Shown piece after piece: positions 62,001-64,000 of a DNA stretch of 64,000 bases. Source of the stretch: Monocercomonoides exilis PA203 (Eukaryota; Protista; Preaxostyla). The stretch is from NCBI GenBank assembly GCA_001643675.2, contig LSRY02000039.1:930001-994000 (forward strand), given 5' to 3'. Made by a program: the position numbers and the translations under genes. Positions within the stretch are counted from its first letter, which is position 1; every line of letters begins with the position of its first letter. The notes beneath the pieces are model-generated. The model was given only the letters and a program-made list of their open reading frames with translations. It was not told the DNA's origin and made no database searches.

Positions 62001-62664
62001 CCGCTCCATCAATCTTCCTTCAGCCTGTTAACCCGCTCAATGGAGGAACTTATTATAAAAGTATCTATATCGCTTATGATTTCAACGAACACGTGAAATC
62101 GAAACATCCCAGGAAACCAGCAAACACTTCAAAATGATAGAAATAATCATTTCGTTGAAGCAAAGATTCCAGAAAACTCTTAATGCGAATTGCAAAATTG
62201 AAATGCAATTGTCTCAATTAAGATTTGAAGTGAAGTTGGAATGCGTATTATAAACTGCCAGATTGCTGCTTTTTTGTCTCTTCTTTGAAAAGTTCTTCAA
62301 AACGATTCGTTTCATTCTTCAAACATCTCAAAATATTTAAATGGAAATTATTTTTTAAACAATTAATGCCATATTTGTGGAATAATTTCCAATAAGTTCA
62401 AGATTTCAATCGAAAGTCCGTCCATTTCAATGAAATAAATTATTGTTGGCTTGATCAGATAGAAAATAAACTCTTTCGTATTTGATTTAATATAGCCTGT
62501 ACCATTGGTTTCTTTGTGATTTCTTTTTTTACACAAATTTTTATTAAGCAAAGGAATTGAGTTTGACAATTATATTTTAATTTTGTCAATTATCAACAAT
62601 GTTTGTTTTTTTGTTTTTCATTTGAAATTTTGCTGCAAATTGATCTTTGCTAAAAATAGATAGA

Positions 62665-64000
62665 ATGGAAATGTGTGATGAAGACAAATCCAATGATGAC
62701 ACTCAGGAGCCATCTCTTGCAGACAAGTTTTCAAGTTTGTAAGCAATAATTGTGTATTTTCAAAGATCTCATGTTTTATGATTTTTGATGCTCGGGGAAG
62801 AATTGCTTGATCAGTTGGAGCATTGCAATGAAGAAGAGCAGAAACAGAAAATTGAAGAATTAAATGGAATTATTGATGAGATGAATAAAGAAGAATTTGA
62901 ATCTATTTTAAAAACAGAGCTGTTCAACAAAATGGACAAAATGATTGAAGAAAAGAAACTTTCGATGGAAAATGCATGCTTATTGCTGAAGCATATTGGA
63001 TATTGGAAAACTATGAAAAACGTGAATGCTGATGGCTTTAATCGTTCATTGCTTTACGAAAGATTTGAGGAGATGATCATTAAAGAAGAAGAGAAAAAAG
63101 AAGAAAAGAATGAAAAGCTTTTGATCGATCTCTGCGAATGCTACGCTTTGCTTTTCGAAGGATTTTTTTCAAACTTGTTTCAAATTTGCGTGCCTTTTCT
63201 TCTTAAAGTTGCATTGAAGAAAGAGGAAAACGAGGAGACTCAAAAAGAAGTGGAAATTGCTTTGTTTGCAATAAGTTGCATCAGCCAATATATTGCATGA
63301 GCATTTCCATTTCCATTTTGATGTTATTGATTTTTCTTCATTTATTGGCAAACAGGAAATCAAAAAAGATTTGTTTTTGAATGATGCGAAAGAAATAATT
63401 CAATATCATCAAGAGCATAATAATTTGACACGAGTTGCCTATCATTCTGCTTGGCAATTTTTTATTTACCATTTTTGGTATGGCAAAAGCTTGGAGGGAG
63501 AAATTGTGAATAGTCAGCGTTTTATAAGAGAAGCAGCAAAAGAAATGAAAGAGCTGACAAGAAATGTGAATTGGAAGAAGAAAGAAGAGGAAATGAGCAA
63601 AGATGAAGCGAATGAAGTGCTGGTAATTAGGAGATGGATCAAAACACTTGAGAATTATTTTCTCTATTATCAATTTCCGAATGAAAAATGTGTTGGCCTT
63701 TTCAGCAGAATTGTTCAGATATATGGAGCAGCGAAGGATAATTACAGAGAAATAAGAAGAGAATACATTTATGTATTTGAAGAAGCATCAGGAAACAGGA
63801 CTATGAAAATTGATGACTTGTTGAAAGGAGGAGCAGTTGATGCTGTTTTGGAGGAGATTCAACAATCAACGTTGAATAAAGAGAAATTATATGATTGCTT
63901 GGACTTCTTTTCGAATGTTTCATATCGATTGAAAGAAAAGAAAGGAGAGGAGGATGATGAATTTGAAGACGCTAAAAGAAAGATAACGAAAATGGAGATA
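62665..64000 (+). CDS. 'HQEHHNLT' family copy 6 (3' end beyond the window); GC-AG second intron
   Basis: ATG 62665, intron 62735..62800, exon 2 to 63294, intron 63295..63355 (GC...AG). Exon 3 is open to the window end and includes YHQEHNNLTRVAYHSAW and KGGAVDAVLEE. Confidence 0.82.

Noticed and set aside
1-64000. Non-canonical genetic code (TAA/TAG = Gln as in some oxymonads, or TGA readthrough) to explain in-frame stops
   Set aside because: Well-supported genes end in TAG (bcp), TAA (tRNase Z) and TGA (giant receptor), and long ORFs have no internal stops. Interruptions in the relics use all three stops and come with frameshifts.

Overview
AT-rich, intron-containing eukaryotic DNA read in the standard genetic code. 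Short GT-AG introns, Ser/Glu microsatellite tracts, a giant receptor-like pseudokinase gene and a repeated 'HQEHHNLTRxAYQSAW' family suggest an oxymonad such as Monocercomonoides; this is an inference from pattern, not a database result. The region 5.6-19.6 kb is a compact cluster of apparently intact genes: BCP/PrxQ peroxiredoxin, a 5-exon short-form tRNase Z with a large low-complexity insertion, an LEA-like 11-mer repeat protein, and a SPRY protein lying head-to-head with a very large EF-hand/low-complexity gene. A 2691-aa single-ORF membrane protein (beta-helix/Pmp-like ectodomain, TM helix, degenerate kinase) occupies 22.1-30.2 kb. The remainder is a dynamic, repeat-rich region. It holds six apparently intact copies and one decayed copy of the lineage-specific helical family, a decayed intron-containing DD35D pogo-type transposase with a foldback element nested in its intron, several MITE-like elements, a decayed DOCK (DHR-1) gene and other pseudogene-like relics. 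No tRNA, rRNA or CRISPR array was recognised.
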